NCBI GenBank assembly: GCA_963803435.1
Contig: CAWDML010000009.1
Location: 1-64,000 of the forward strand
Origin: an uncultured delta proteobacterium
GTDB taxonomy: Bacteria > Myxococcota > Kuafuiibacteriia > Kuafuiibacteriales > Kuafuiibacteriaceae
DNA length: 64,000 nucleotides
Direction of reading: 5' to 3'
A program made the translations under genes and the position numbers. Within the stretch, counting starts at the first letter, position 1, and each line of letters starts with the position of its first letter. The notes beneath the pieces were generated by a model. The model saw only the letters and a program-made list of their open reading frames with translations, was not told where the DNA came from and searched no databases. Of this stretch, positions 33,197-45,618 are shown piece after piece.

Positions 33197-34345
33197 ATGT
33201 ACGAAGCTGAGGTCCTATCGCCGAGAGATCGTCGAGGTGACCCGGATCGCTTTGGTCCCTACCGGATCGTCGAACGGATCGCCAGCGGCGGGATGGCCGA
33301 GATCTACAAGGTCGTCCACCCGGCGGCCCCTGATCATTTGTACGCGCTGAAGCGGATCCGCTCCGACTACGACGACGACATCGAGTTCAAGCGGATGCTG
33401 ATGGACGAGGCGAAGATTGCGTCCGTCCTCAACCATCCGAACATCGCGCAGGTCCTGGACGTCGTTCAGGACGACGGTCTGTTGGGCCTGATCCTCGAGT
33501 ACGTCGACGGACATGACCTCGGGAAGATGAAGAAGCACCTGAAGGATCGGGAGAGCGGCTTCTCGCTCGAGCTCGCGATCCACATCGTGAAGAAGGTCCT
33601 CGAGGGCCTCGACTACGCGCACAATTCCAAGGACGAGAACGGCGAGTACCTCAACGTCGTCCACCGCGACGTCTCCCCCGGCAACGTGATGATCGATCTG
33701 CGCGGCCAGGTGAAGATCGTCGACTTCGGGATCGCGCGGGCGCAGAACCGGCTGGCCAAGACCGAGGCTGGCAACGTGAAGGGCAAGTTCCGGTACATGT
33801 CGCCGGAGCAGATCAAGGGCGGTGTCACGGGACCGGCCACCGACGTCTACTCGACGGCGATCGTCCTCTGGGAGCTGCTCGCCGGGCGCAGGATCTACGA
33901 CGAGGTCAGCGTCGCCCAGCTCATGATCCGGGTGGCCAACGCGCAGGTGCCGTCGCTCAATGACGCCCGGCGCGGGCTACCGAAGAACCTCCACAAGGTC
34001 TTCAAGAAGGCGACCGTCCTCGACGAGGAGGAGCGCTACGCCTCTGCGCGCGCCTTCGCCGACGCCCTCGACAGCGTCCTCCACGAGTACGACGCCGAGC
34101 GGTGCCGCCGCGAGCTCGAGTCGATCGTCCGCGACGCCACGCAGCGGGAGCAGAAGGGCCGCTTCGAGCAGGCGGTGGCGCGGGCGCGGATCGCCGCGGA
34201 GAACGACCTCGAGAACGCGATCCTCTCCGCGCTGGAGGACCCGGATCGGGTGGAGCGCGTCGAGGGCGAGGCCCGGTCGGCCGAGCCGATCACCGGGCCG
34301 ATGCCGCGGACGCCGAGCCCGGCGTCTCCCGCCGACAGCTTCTGA
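33197..34345 (+). CDS. Ser/Thr protein kinase
   Basis: IASGGMAEIY, ALK, HRDVSPGN, DFG, GKFRYMSPE. Confidence 0.93.
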   Translation: MYEAEVLSPRDRRGDPDRFGPYRIVERIASGGMAEIYKVVHPAAPDHLYALKRIRSDYDDDIEFKRMLMDEAKIASVLNHPNIAQVLDVVQDDGLLGLILEYVDGHDLGKMKKHLKDRESGFSLELAIHIVKKVLEGLDYAHNSKDENGEYLNVVHRDVSPGNVMIDLRGQVKIVDFGIARAQNRLAKTEAGNVKGKFRYMSPEQIKGGVTGPATDVYSTAIVLWELLAGRRIYDEVSVAQLMIRVANAQVPSLNDARRGLPKNLHKVFKKATVLDEEERYASARAFADALDSVLHEYDAERCRRELESIVRDATQREQKGRFEQAVARARIAAENDLENAILSALEDPDRVERVEGEARSAEPITGPMPRTPSPASPADSF

Positions 34346-34489
34346 CGCTTGGGAGGATATGCCGCTTCACGCCGGACTTGGCGCGATCGGTGGGATTGGG
34401 ATCGATCCCCATTTGGGTGCCTTTGCCATCGCGCTATCAAGCGAGCTCCATGCCCACTGCATGCCGCGCCGCTTGTCGTCGTACCGAAG

Positions 34490-36892
<2,403 letters not shown>

Positions 36893-36941
36893 ATGCGCGG
36901 TCATCGTTACACCGCGCAGGCCATGGTGCAACCGGCCGGTT

Positions 36942-37253
36942 CTATTCGGAGAAGGAGAAATCCACCCGAAGCACTTGCCCCTTGGTGACCTTGACCTCGA
37001 ACTCCTGCTCGTCTCCGCCCTTCGTCAGGCGGATCGTGTGCTTACCGGCCTGGGCCTTGGTGAACTTCAGGTCGCCGGCCGAGCCGAGCTTCTTGCCGTC
37101 GAGGAACACCAGGGCGGCCGGAGGTGAGACGTTCCACTCGATGCCTGTCTTGTTTTCGGCTTTTTTCGCGCTGACTGGATGCGAAGAGGATGCGATCGCC
37201 GGCAGCGCGGCCGTCGAAAACAGCACCACGAGTGCGAAGAGAAATCGGCGCAT
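36942..37253 (-). CDS. Secreted PEGA-domain protein
   Basis: Signal peptide; [16 protein letters not shown]...[11 protein letters not shown]. Confidence 0.75.
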   Translation of the reverse strand: MRRFLFALVVLFSTAALPAIASSSHPVSAKKAENKTGIEWNVSPPAALVFLDGKKLGSAGDLKFTKAQAGKHTIRLTKGGDEQEFEVKVTKGQVLRVDFSFSE

Positions 37254-37369
37254 GGGCGGACCTTGACCCCGTTGCGCCCGATTCGGCAAGCCCGGCTAGG
37301 AGCGTGTAGCGCGTAGCGCTACCGCGAGCCCGGTCCGGGTCCCGGTCCCGGTCCCGGTCCCGATGGCGA

Positions 37370-37737
37370 TCATGCAGCCCGGCGTGCGTTCATCGACTTG
37401 ATGAGGCGCGTGAGCCTCTCGACAACGCGCTTGAGCTTGGCTCTGGCGGCTTGGACCTTCTGCTCGTTGGCGAGTCGGCGCCTCAAGCAGGTGTGGAGTG
37501 AGGCGGCGCTTTCGGTGCCAGAGCGAAGTGCCATCCGGTAGAAGCGAGCCTTCTCAGGTGGATTGAACTCTCCGGCGCCCTCGGCGGTGTTGTTCACGAT
37601 GGAATCGGATGCCCGCCGAAGCTGATCGCGGACGTGAGCGTGACCGGGTTGCAGTTCTTGTGCGATCTCTTCAGCGATGTCGCATACTCGACGGCGAGCT
37701 GGTAGGCCTCGAGCTTCTCGTGATCGAAAGTGACCAT
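37370..37737 (-). pseudogene. Four-helix-bundle protein with a 1-nt deletion near 37682
   Basis: 368 nt versus 369 nt in copy 1; otherwise near-identical. Confidence 0.88.
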
Positions 37738-37761
37738 GCAAGCTAGCTTGCGGACTCCGAG

Positions 37762-38477
37762 AAGGACCCGCGAGGCGAGCGACCGTACTCGCCTCGAATG
37801 ATGATCGCGCTGCTTCTGTACGCCTACTGCACCGGCATCTATTCGTCGCGGAGGATCGCGCGGGCGACCTACGAAGACATTCCATTCCGGGTGCTGGCTG
37901 GAGAAAGTCATCCCCACTTCACGACGATCAACGAGTTTCGGCTCGTCCACCTGGAGGCACTGAAAGCGCTCTTCCTCGAAGTCCTGAAGCTTTGCCAGAA
38001 AGCAGGTTTGGTGCGGCTCGGACACGTCGCACTCGATGGCTCGAAGGTGCAGGCGACGCGAGCAAGCACAAGGCGATGACCTACGAGCGGATGGCCGAGG
38101 AGGAGAAGCGGCTGTCTCTCGAGATCGAAGAACTGCTGGAGCGAGCGCGCACGATCGACCAAGAGGAAGACGAGCGGCTGGGCGTTGAAGAGACTGAAGA
38201 GGACATCCCAGCGGAGCTCGCTCGCCGTGAATCCCGCCTTGCCCGCATTCGAGAAGCGAAGGCTGCGCTGGAACAGGATGCCGCCAGGGCTCGCGCGGAG
38301 AAATTGCGCAGGCAAGCCGAAGAGCAGCAGAGCAAAGCGGATGATGCTCTTGTGGATCGGGTGGAGCAGAAGCGAGCGAGAACTCGAGCCGAGAAGGCAA
38401 GAGCGCAGGCTGACCAGCTCGAACCATCCCCAGACCCGACTGAACGAAATGATGGATGGCCGCATCATCGCGTCTGA
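37762..38477 (+). pseudogene. IS1182 transposase central fragment (frameshifted)
   Basis: YSPRMMIALLLYAYCTGIYSSRRIA...PHFTTINEFR...VALDGSKVQA then ASKHKAMTYER. Confidence 0.88.
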
Positions 38478-38563
38478 CTCAAGGCAGCCATCTTCAGATC
38501 GGGACCCGGACCGGGACCGGGACCCGGACCGGGGTCGCGTGAGCGCTTACGCGCTACACGCTC

Positions 38564-39910
38564 CTAGTCCTCGGAGATGTCCGGGAGCACCGCCAAAACC
38601 GCAAGACCGGTCTGCTCTTCGAATTCGCCGGCGTCGAGGAACGTCTGACGTAAGGCCTCGCGAAGGGTCGCCAGGACGATGCCCAAGAGCGCGGTGATCG
38701 CCATGCCGAGCGTCGCGAACTTACCCATGTCGGGCGAGCTCGGGATCTCGGGAACGCGGGCGGGATCGACGAGGGTGAAGTTCTCCTGGAAGCTGCCCTC
38801 GTTGACCTTTCGATCGTCGTCGCCCTTGGCGCGGCGCTCCTGGAGCGCGGTGTACTGGGACTGGAGCGAGCCGGCCTCGATCGTGAGGTCCGCCCACTCG
38901 CGCTGGAGCTCCGGATTCTTGATCGCCTTCCGCTGCAGCTGAACCTTCTGCTCGTTGAGACGCACGATCTCGGCCTTGGCGGAGCTGATGCAGTCGGCCT
39001 GGTTGAGCGGTGCCTTGGGCTCGCCGCTGCCAGCCTCGGCCTGCGCGGCATCGCACTTCTTCTGGAGGGTCACGTACTCCTGCTTGGCTGCGATCACCGT
39101 GGGGTGGCTGGCGGTGTACTGCTGGAGGAGGTTGTCCACGTTGCGCTTCGCGGATTGGGCCTCGAGACAGATCGGGACCTGGCGCTTGGGCTTGGCGATC
39201 GGCGGCGCGCCCGCGTAGCAGCGCTTGAGGTTGAGCTCGGCCCGCTTGATGTCGGCCTCGGCGGCGGCCACCGGTGAGTTCTGCGGGATGAAGTCGGGGA
39301 CGCTCACGGCAATCGTCGGGTGCTCGGCCTTGAACTTGAAGAGCTTCTTCTGCGCCTTCCTGAGCTTGGGCTCGAGCTCGAGGATCGCGCTGTCGAGCGC
39401 CTCGGCCTGCCGGCGATACGGCGAGTCGAGGAGGTTGCCGAGCTTGGCCAGGACGCGCTCGGTGGCGAACGCCACCACCCGCTGGCACTCGACCGGATCC
39501 TTCGACAGGTACGACACGCCGATCGATCCCGACTGCTGGTTGACGGCGAGCTCCTGGCGCATGCGGCGGAGCGCCATCTCGTAGGGCAGGCTCATCCGAG
39601 TGCTCCCGAAGAGGTCGAGCTCGTTGATCATCAGCATCATCTCGCCGTCGGCGTTGAGGTCGCGCATCGCGCGGTTGACCAAGGTGCGCACGAAGACCTC
39701 GTCCATCGCGTCGACGCGGATGGCGATGGTGGAGCTCGAGGCGTAGGTCTTCGGGGTGGTCTTGTAGACGAGGACGGTGATCGCGAGGCCGATGAACGCG
39801 ATGGAGGCGAGCAGCAGCTTCTGTCGCATCAGGATGCGGCGGGCCAGGATGAACGGGTCGACCTGGACCCGGATCCCTCCCAGATCAAACTCCTTGCCCT
39901 TTTTGGCCAT
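38564..39910 (-). CDS. Polysaccharide chain-length determinant (Wzz/GumC-like)
   Basis: Two TM segments, coiled coils, YTASHPTV, FTLVDPARVPEIPSSP, GLAVLAVLP. Confidence 0.8.
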   Translation of the reverse strand: MAKKGKEFDLGGIRVQVDPFILARRILMRQKLLLASIAFIGLAITVLVYKTTPKTYASSSTIAIRVDAMDEVFVRTLVNRAMRDLNADGEMMLMINELDLFGSTRMSLPYEMALRRMRQELAVNQQSGSIGVSYLSKDPVECQRVVAFATERVLAKLGNLLDSPYRRQAEALDSAILELEPKLRKAQKKLFKFKAEHPTIAVSVPDFIPQNSPVAAAEADIKRAELNLKRCYAGAPPIAKPKRQVPICLEAQSAKRNVDNLLQQYTASHPTVIAAKQEYVTLQKKCDAAQAEAGSGEPKAPLNQADCISSAKAEIVRLNEQKVQLQRKAIKNPELQREWADLTIEAGSLQSQYTALQERRAKGDDDRKVNEGSFQENFTLVDPARVPEIPSSPDMGKFATLGMAITALLGIVLATLREALRQTFLDAGEFEEQTGLAVLAVLPDISED

Positions 39911-39926
39911 CGCCTGGACACATACC

Positions 39927-40808
39927 ATGGGTATGGGGACCGTAGTCAGTCTCGACGGCGTCCTGGTCGCTCCCGAGGAGGCCCGTATCTCCGTGTTCGA
40001 CCGTGGGTTTCTGTACGGGGACTCGGTGTACGAGGTGGTCCGGGCCTACCGCGGGGTGCCCTTCGAGCTGGCGGCGCACCTGGCCCGGCTGGAGAGCTCG
40101 GCCGCCCGGATCGGCATGGCCCTGACGGTGGCGCTCGACACGATCGCCCAGGAGATCGGGGCGGCCCGGCGCGCGACCGGCCACGACGAGGCCTATCTCC
40201 GGATCATCGTCACGCGCGGGGCGGGCCCGCTCGGGCTCGACCCCAACCTGGCGCTGGATCCGCAGCGCATCATCATCGCCATGCCGGTGCAGGCGCCGCC
40301 CGCCGCCGTCTACGAGCGCGGCGCCAACGTGGTGCTCACCTCCGTCCGCCGCAACCTGCAGGCCGCGATCGACCCGCGCGCCAAGACCGGCAACTATCTC
40401 AACAGCGTGATGGCGGTGGCCGAGGCGAAGCGGCGCGGCGCATTCGAGGCGATCATGCTGGATCACCGTGACTTCGTGACCGAGGGCGCGTCGTCGAACG
40501 TGTTCTCGGTGGTGGGCGGCGCAGTCCTGACCCCGCCGCTCGACGCCGGCATCCTGGAGGGGGTCACGCGGAGCGTGGTGCTGAGGGTGGCCCGCGAGGC
40601 CGGCATCCTGGTCCTGGAGGTGCCGCTCACCGCGCCGATGCTCGAGCAGGCCGACGAGGTGTTCATCACCTCCTCGATCCGGGAGATCGTCCCGATCGTG
40701 AAGGTCGACGACACGCGGATCGGCGACGGCCGGCCCGGCCCGGTCACCGGACGGATCCGCGGGCTGTTCGCCGAGCACGTCGAGCGCTACGTGAACGACC
40801 ACACCTGA
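39927..40808 (+). CDS. Class IV aminotransferase (IlvE/PabC/Dat family)
   Basis: DRGFLYGDSVYE, AKTGNYL, EGASSNVF, ILEGVTR. Confidence 0.92.
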   Translation: MGMGTVVSLDGVLVAPEEARISVFDRGFLYGDSVYEVVRAYRGVPFELAAHLARLESSAARIGMALTVALDTIAQEIGAARRATGHDEAYLRIIVTRGAGPLGLDPNLALDPQRIIIAMPVQAPPAAVYERGANVVLTSVRRNLQAAIDPRAKTGNYLNSVMAVAEAKRRGAFEAIMLDHRDFVTEGASSNVFSVVGGAVLTPPLDAGILEGVTRSVVLRVAREAGILVLEVPLTAPMLEQADEVFITSSIREIVPIVKVDDTRIGDGRPGPVTGRIRGLFAEHVERYVNDHT

Positions 40809-41710
40809 CCGACGTCGGTCGCGGGCAGGCGATCCGGATCCCACAGCGCGATCAGCTCGGCCGCCGAGATCGCGGTGCCGGACGGCACCAGGTTCAGGCT
40901 GGCGGCGAGGTCTCCGATCACGGCCTCGGGCGTGCGTCCGGCGGCGCGCTGATCCGCGATCGCGACGGCGCCGTCGCGCTTGGCCAGGCGCTTGCCCTCG
41001 GGGCCGAGGACCAGCGGGACGTGGAGCGTGGACAGAGCCTGCGAGTCGGGCTCGAGGAGGCGGCGCAAGAGAAGTTGACGCGGGGTCGACCATAACAGAT
41101 CGGCGCCGCGCACGATCGAGGTGACGCCCTGCTCGAGGTCGTCGACGGTGACGGCGAGCTGATAGGCCCACATGCCGTCGGCGCGCAGGAGCACGAAGTC
41201 GCCGACCGCCTCGAACACGTTCTGCTCGATCGAGCCGCGCAGGCGATCGACGTGAACGACGGCGTCGGCCGGCTGGGTGCGGAGGCGGATCGCGGGGGTC
41301 CGATCGGGGCGGAGGCCCGTGCCCGCGCGGCAGATGCCGGGGTAGCGCGGGCCGTCGTCGCTGGCTCCGTGGGGCGCCGAGGAGGCCAGGGCGATCTCCC
41401 TCCGGCTGCAGGTGCACGGATAGATGCGGTCCAGGCCCTCGAGCGCCGCCAGCCCCGCGCGATACCGATCGAACCGGTCTGTCTGGTGGACGGGCTCGCC
41501 GTCCCATCCGAGACCGAGCCACTCGAGGTCACGACGGAGGGCATCGGACGCCCCCGGCACGGTGCGCGCCAGGTCGATGTCCTCGATCCGGAGCAGGAGC
41601 CGGCCGCCGGCGCGCCGAGCGTCGAGCCACGCCGCCAGACAGGTGCGCGCCACCCCGAGGTGGATCCGTCCCGTGGGGCTGGGTGCGAAGCGACCGACAT
41701 ACCCGGCCAC
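40787..41710 (-). CDS. gluQ: Glutamyl-Q tRNA(Asp) synthetase
   Basis: RFAPSPTGRIHLG, YPCTCSR, AYQLAVTVDD, VRGADL, RLAKR; no anticodon domain. Confidence 0.9.
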   Translation of the reverse strand: MAGYVGRFAPSPTGRIHLGVARTCLAAWLDARRAGGRLLLRIEDIDLARTVPGASDALRRDLEWLGLGWDGEPVHQTDRFDRYRAGLAALEGLDRIYPCTCSRREIALASSAPHGASDDGPRYPGICRAGTGLRPDRTPAIRLRTQPADAVVHVDRLRGSIEQNVFEAVGDFVLLRADGMWAYQLAVTVDDLEQGVTSIVRGADLLWSTPRQLLLRRLLEPDSQALSTLHVPLVLGPEGKRLAKRDGAVAIADQRAAGRTPEAVIGDLAASLNLVPSGTAISAAELIALWDPDRLPATDVGQVWSFT

Positions 41711-41755
41711 GACGCCAGCTTGACACGGACTCCGGCCCGTCGTCAGACGCAATCG

Positions 41756-42568
41756 TTGAAGATCCACCACCTCAACTGCGCAACGATGTGCCCGTTCGGC
41801 GGCCGGCTGGTCAGCGGTGATCGGGGCAAGAACGCGCGCCTCGTCTGCCATTGCCTGCTCATCGAGACCGAGGTCGGCCTGGTGCTGGTCGACACCGGGT
41901 TCGGGACGGCCGACTGCATCCACCCGGAGCGCCTCTCGCGCGAGGTGCGGACGTTCGCGCGTCCGCTGCTCTCGATCGCCGAGACCGCGCGCCGCCAGAT
42001 CGAGACGCTCGGCTTCAAGGTGGACGACGTGCGGCACCTGATCCCGACGCACCTGGATCTCGACCACGCCGGCGGCCTACCCGACTTCCCCGATGCGGTC
42101 GTCCACAGCCATCGCGCCGAGAAGGAGGCGGCCCTCGACCCGCGCACCCTGTTCGAGAAGAAGCGATACATGAAGCAGCAGTTCGCGCACGGACCGAAGT
42201 GGAGGACGTACGAGGAGGGCGGAGAGCCGTGGTTCGGCTTCCCGGCGGTGCGCGCCCTCGAGGGGCTGCCCCCGGAGATCCTGCTGGTGCCGCTGTTCGG
42301 GCACACGCGCGGTCACTGCGCCGTCGCGATCGACCGGGGTGATCGCTGGGTGCTCCACTGCGGTGACGCGTACTTCTTCCGCGGTGAGAAGGAGGCCGAG
42401 CCGCGCTGCCCACTGGGGCTCGGGCTCTTCCAGCGCTTGGTCGCCGTCGACGAGAAGCGACGTCAAGAGAACCAAGCCCGGCTCCGCGAGCTCGCGGAGA
42501 AGGAGTCGGCGCGTGTGTTGATGTTCTGCGCACACGATCCGGCGGAGTATCGCGACCTCGCCGGTTGA
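41756..42568 (+). CDS. Metallo-beta-lactamase fold hydrolase
   Basis: THLDLDHAGG, GHTRGH, GDAY, CAHD. Confidence 0.9.
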   Translation: MKIHHLNCATMCPFGGRLVSGDRGKNARLVCHCLLIETEVGLVLVDTGFGTADCIHPERLSREVRTFARPLLSIAETARRQIETLGFKVDDVRHLIPTHLDLDHAGGLPDFPDAVVHSHRAEKEAALDPRTLFEKKRYMKQQFAHGPKWRTYEEGGEPWFGFPAVRALEGLPPEILLVPLFGHTRGHCAVAIDRGDRWVLHCGDAYFFRGEKEAEPRCPLGLGLFQRLVAVDEKRRQENQARLRELAEKESARVLMFCAHDPAEYRDLAG

Positions 42569-43593
42569 TGATCCCGCTCCTCCTCACCGTCTCGATGGCC
42601 GCGCTGCCGGAGCGGCTCGAGCTCGCGTTCGAGCAGGCGCCCGGCGGATGTGCGCTGGATGTCCGGCTGCCCCGATCGATCGGACGGTACGTGCCGCGGC
42701 TGGCGATCGGCGCCGGCTCGAGTGGGGCCGGCACCTGGCGGCTCTCGGTGTCGTCGTCGCCGGGCGAGGTGGCGCTGGTCCTCTTCGACGATCGCGGCGA
42801 GGCCGCGCTCCGGCGGACGCTCAAGAGCCCTCCGGAGGCGTGTGCGGCCACCGCCGACGGGATCGGGTTGATCCTGGAGCGCTATCTCCGCGATCTCGGG
42901 TACGAGACCGGCTTCGAGCCGCTGCCTCCGCCTCCGCCTCCGCCCGAGCCGCCTCCGCCTCCGCCTCCGCCCCCCGAGTCGCCTCCGCCTCCGCCTCCGC
43001 CTCCGCCTGCGCCGCCTCCGCCCGAGCCGCCGCCGCCCGAGATCCGCACGGCCACCGTGGCGCCCCTGGTGATCGGGCTCGACCTGGCGGCCGGCGCCGC
43101 GCTCGAGGTCTCGGCGTCCGCGCCGCGGCTGGGCGGGCAGCTCCAGCTGGGCCTTTCGCTGGGGCCGGGGCGGATCGAGCTCTCGCTGTTCGGCCTGGCG
43201 CTGGTGCCGGGCGCCGCCCGGGTGCGGGTCGGCGGCGCGGCGATCGGTGACTACCAGGTCTGGTCCGCCGGCGGCCTAATCCAGGGCGGCGCCTGCCTCG
43301 ACGCGGCGCCGTTCGCGCTCTGCCTGCTGGCCGGCGGCGGCGTCGAGCGGATCCAGGGCCAAAGTAACGCGGCGCGGCTCTTCCTTCAGGCCACCGGCCA
43401 CCAGTGGGGTGGGCGGGTGTCGATCGGGGGCCGAGCGGCGTGGTCCTTCGGTCGATTTCTCCTTTATTTACGCGCGGAAGCGATCCTGCGGCCGGTCGCG
43501 TTCCGCTTCCAGGTCGAGGGCGCGGACGAACCCTACCGCGTCCGAGCCGGGGCCGCCTTCCTCGCGCTCGGGGTCGCGTCCAAACTTTTTTGA
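42565..43593 (+). CDS. Secreted/outer-membrane hypothetical protein with a polyproline linker
   Basis: N-terminal domain, PPPP linker, alternating beta-strand C-terminus ending in F. Confidence 0.7.
   Translation: MMIPLLLTVSMAALPERLELAFEQAPGGCALDVRLPRSIGRYVPRLAIGAGSSGAGTWRLSVSSSPGEVALVLFDDRGEAALRRTLKSPPEACAATADGIGLILERYLRDLGYETGFEPLPPPPPPPEPPPPPPPPPESPPPPPPPPPAPPPPEPPPPEIRTATVAPLVIGLDLAAGAALEVSASAPRLGGQLQLGLSLGPGRIELSLFGLALVPGAARVRVGGAAIGDYQVWSAGGLIQGGACLDAAPFALCLLAGGGVERIQGQSNAARLFLQATGHQWGGRVSIGGRAAWSFGRFLLYLRAEAILRPVAFRFQVEGADEPYRVRAGAAFLALGVASKLF
42922..43040 (+). repeat. (CCGCCT)n microsatellite encoding polyproline
   Basis: Visible hexamer repeats. Confidence 0.9.
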
Positions 43594-43622
43594 AGGTGCC
43601 GAGGGCGCGGAGCCATTCACCG
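43591..43622 (+). promoter_or_regulatory. Putative ECF sigma autoregulated promoter
   Basis: TGAAGGTGCCG-N11-CCATTCACCG, repeated at 45569. Confidence 0.7.
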
Positions 43623-43640
43623 TCGAGCGGCGTGGAGACC

Positions 43641-44207
43641 GTGGAGTCAAACGGGATCCTCGCGGTGGTGGAGCGCTGCCGCGCGCGGGATGAAACGGCA
43701 TGGAAGGAGCTGTACGACGCCCACTTCGAGTACGTGTTGCGCGTGGCGCGACGGCTCGGCACACCCGAGTCCGAGGCGGAGGACGTGGTGCACGACGTGT
43801 TCGTGGTGGTGCACCGGAAGCTCGATCGTTTCGAGGGCGGCCGCTTGACCACCTGGCTCTACCGGATCACCGCCAACGTGGTCTCCGACCGGCACCGCAA
43901 GCGGCGGGTACGCCGCGCGTTCGAGCCGTTCCTCAGCTGGTTCGGCGCCGAGCCGAGCGAGTCGCCGGAGCAATCGGCCGAGCGCTCGTCGGCGACGCGG
44001 GCCGTCGAGCGGGTGCTCGAGCGGATGAGCCCGAAGAAGCGCGAGGTCTTCGCGCTGTTCGAGCTGGAGAGCCTCAGCGGCGAGGAGATCGCCGAGCGCA
44101 CCGGATGTCCGATCAACACGGTATGGACGCGGCTGTATCACGCGCGGAGGCAGTTCCTCGAGATCGCGCGGCGCCTCGGCGTTCTCGATGAGGTGAGCGG
44201 GCCATGA
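43641..44207 (+). CDS. ECF RNA polymerase sigma factor
   Basis: AEDVVHDVF, TWLYRITAN, EIAERTGCPINTVWTRL. Confidence 0.93.
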   Translation: MESNGILAVVERCRARDETAWKELYDAHFEYVLRVARRLGTPESEAEDVVHDVFVVVHRKLDRFEGGRLTTWLYRITANVVSDRHRKRRVRRAFEPFLSWFGAEPSESPEQSAERSSATRAVERVLERMSPKKREVFALFELESLSGEEIAERTGCPINTVWTRLYHARRQFLEIARRLGVLDEVSGP

Positions 44208-45571
44208 CCTCGCAGAAAGAGCCGCGCCGGTGGGTGGAGCGCAACGACCTCGAGGGCGATCCGGCGCAGGCCGCCGCGCTCCTCCGTCAGGTCGGAGAGA
44301 CCCGTTCGAGGCCGGGCGCGCGGGCGCGGGTCTGGTCCCGACTCCAGCGGCCGGCCCGGTCGCGCCGTCCCCTCGCAATGGCCGCGATCGCCGGTGCGGG
44401 CCTGGCGGTGATCCTCGGCCTGGCGCTGCGCACGCTCGAGACGCCGGTGGTCGAGGTGGTGGCCGGCCTCGATCGCGTGAAGGTCGAGGCGCGCGCCGGA
44501 TCCGAGGCGCGCGTGGTGCGGGCGTCCCACGGCGGCGCGAGCATCGTGATCGGTGGCCTGGCGCGCGTCGATCTCCTGCCCGACACCGAGCTGATCGCGA
44601 CGACTCGCGCGCACGAGGTCGCCATCGAGCTCATCGCCGGCGGGATCGTCGCGACGCCGCTCGAGGGCGAGCTGGCGACCGTGCGCGTGTCGGCGCAGCC
44701 CTACTCGATCGAAGGCGAGCGCCTGGAGGCGCGCGTGGTTCGGGTGGGCACCCAGGACGTCGAGGTCGAGGTGATCGCCGGCGACGCGGAGGTGACGGGA
44801 CCGTCCGGGGGTCGCCGGCTGCGCGCGGGCGAGGTGTTCGGATCCGCGCCCACCACCGCCGCGCTGACGCCGCCGCCCGCGCCCGCGCCCGAGCCCGAGC
44901 GCCCGCCGGAGCCTCCCCGGGCAAAGCCCCGCCGGCGCGTGAGGGTGCGGACCGTCGAGCCGGCCGTCGTCGCGCCGAACCCCGAGGCGCCGGTACCCGA
45001 GGTTACGCCTGCGATCCCCGAGGGACCCGACTGGGACGCCCTGTACCGCGAGGCGACCGAGACGCGCGATCCCGACCACGCGATCGCGCTGTTCGATCGG
45101 CTGGCGACGAGCGGCACGCAGTGGAGCGAGGTGAGCGCGTTCCAGTCGGCGCGGCTTCAGATGCAGCGCGGCCGGTGCGCGGAGGCGATCGATCGCCTCC
45201 GATCGTTGATCGGCGGCACGTACGATCCGGAGGTCCGGCTGGACGTGATCGAGTGCCGGCTGCAGCTCGCGGACCTCGGCGGCGCGGAGCGCGATCTCGA
45301 CGCCTTCCTCCGGATTCATCCGGATAGCGAGCGGCAGGCCGACCTGCGCTTCCTGCGGGCGGAGCTGGCGAGGAAGAGCGACCGCTGCGCGGACGCCATC
45401 CCGGACTACGAATCGGCACAGAGCTCGCGGCGCGGCGACGACGCACTGTACTTCGACGCCTGGTGTCAGCTCCACCTCGGGCGATCGGCCGCGGGCGTCG
45501 AGACGCTCCAGCGGTATCTCGAGCGATTCCCCCACGGGCGTCACGCCGGCGAGGCCCGAAAGAAATTATGA
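44204..45571 (+). CDS. Putative anti-sigma factor (TM + FecR-like + TPR)
   Basis: ATGA-coupled to the sigma gene; single TM, VEVIAGDAEV, Pro linker, C-terminal TPRs YLERFPHGRHA. Confidence 0.8.
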   Translation: MTSQKEPRRWVERNDLEGDPAQAAALLRQVGETRSRPGARARVWSRLQRPARSRRPLAMAAIAGAGLAVILGLALRTLETPVVEVVAGLDRVKVEARAGSEARVVRASHGGASIVIGGLARVDLLPDTELIATTRAHEVAIELIAGGIVATPLEGELATVRVSAQPYSIEGERLEARVVRVGTQDVEVEVIAGDAEVTGPSGGRRLRAGEVFGSAPTTAALTPPPAPAPEPERPPEPPRAKPRRRVRVRTVEPAVVAPNPEAPVPEVTPAIPEGPDWDALYREATETRDPDHAIALFDRLATSGTQWSEVSAFQSARLQMQRGRCAEAIDRLRSLIGGTYDPEVRLDVIECRLQLADLGGAERDLDAFLRIHPDSERQADLRFLRAELARKSDRCADAIPDYESAQSSRRGDDALYFDAWCQLHLGRSAAGVETLQRYLERFPHGRHAGEARKKL

Positions 45572-45600
45572 AGGTGCCGGCGCCCTCGCTCCATACACCG
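45569..45600 (+). promoter_or_regulatory. Putative ECF target promoter
   Basis: TGAAGGTGCCG-N11-CCATACACCG. Confidence 0.7.
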
Positions 45601-45618
45601 ACGTCGAAGGAGCTTCGT

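Larger units (their letters stand above)
37300..38563. mobile_element. IS1182-derived element with a four-helix-bundle gene, copy 2 (inverted relative to copy 1)
   Basis: CTAG at 37296-37299 and 38564-38567; same ~65-bp TIRs with GGTCCC repeats. Confidence 0.9.
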
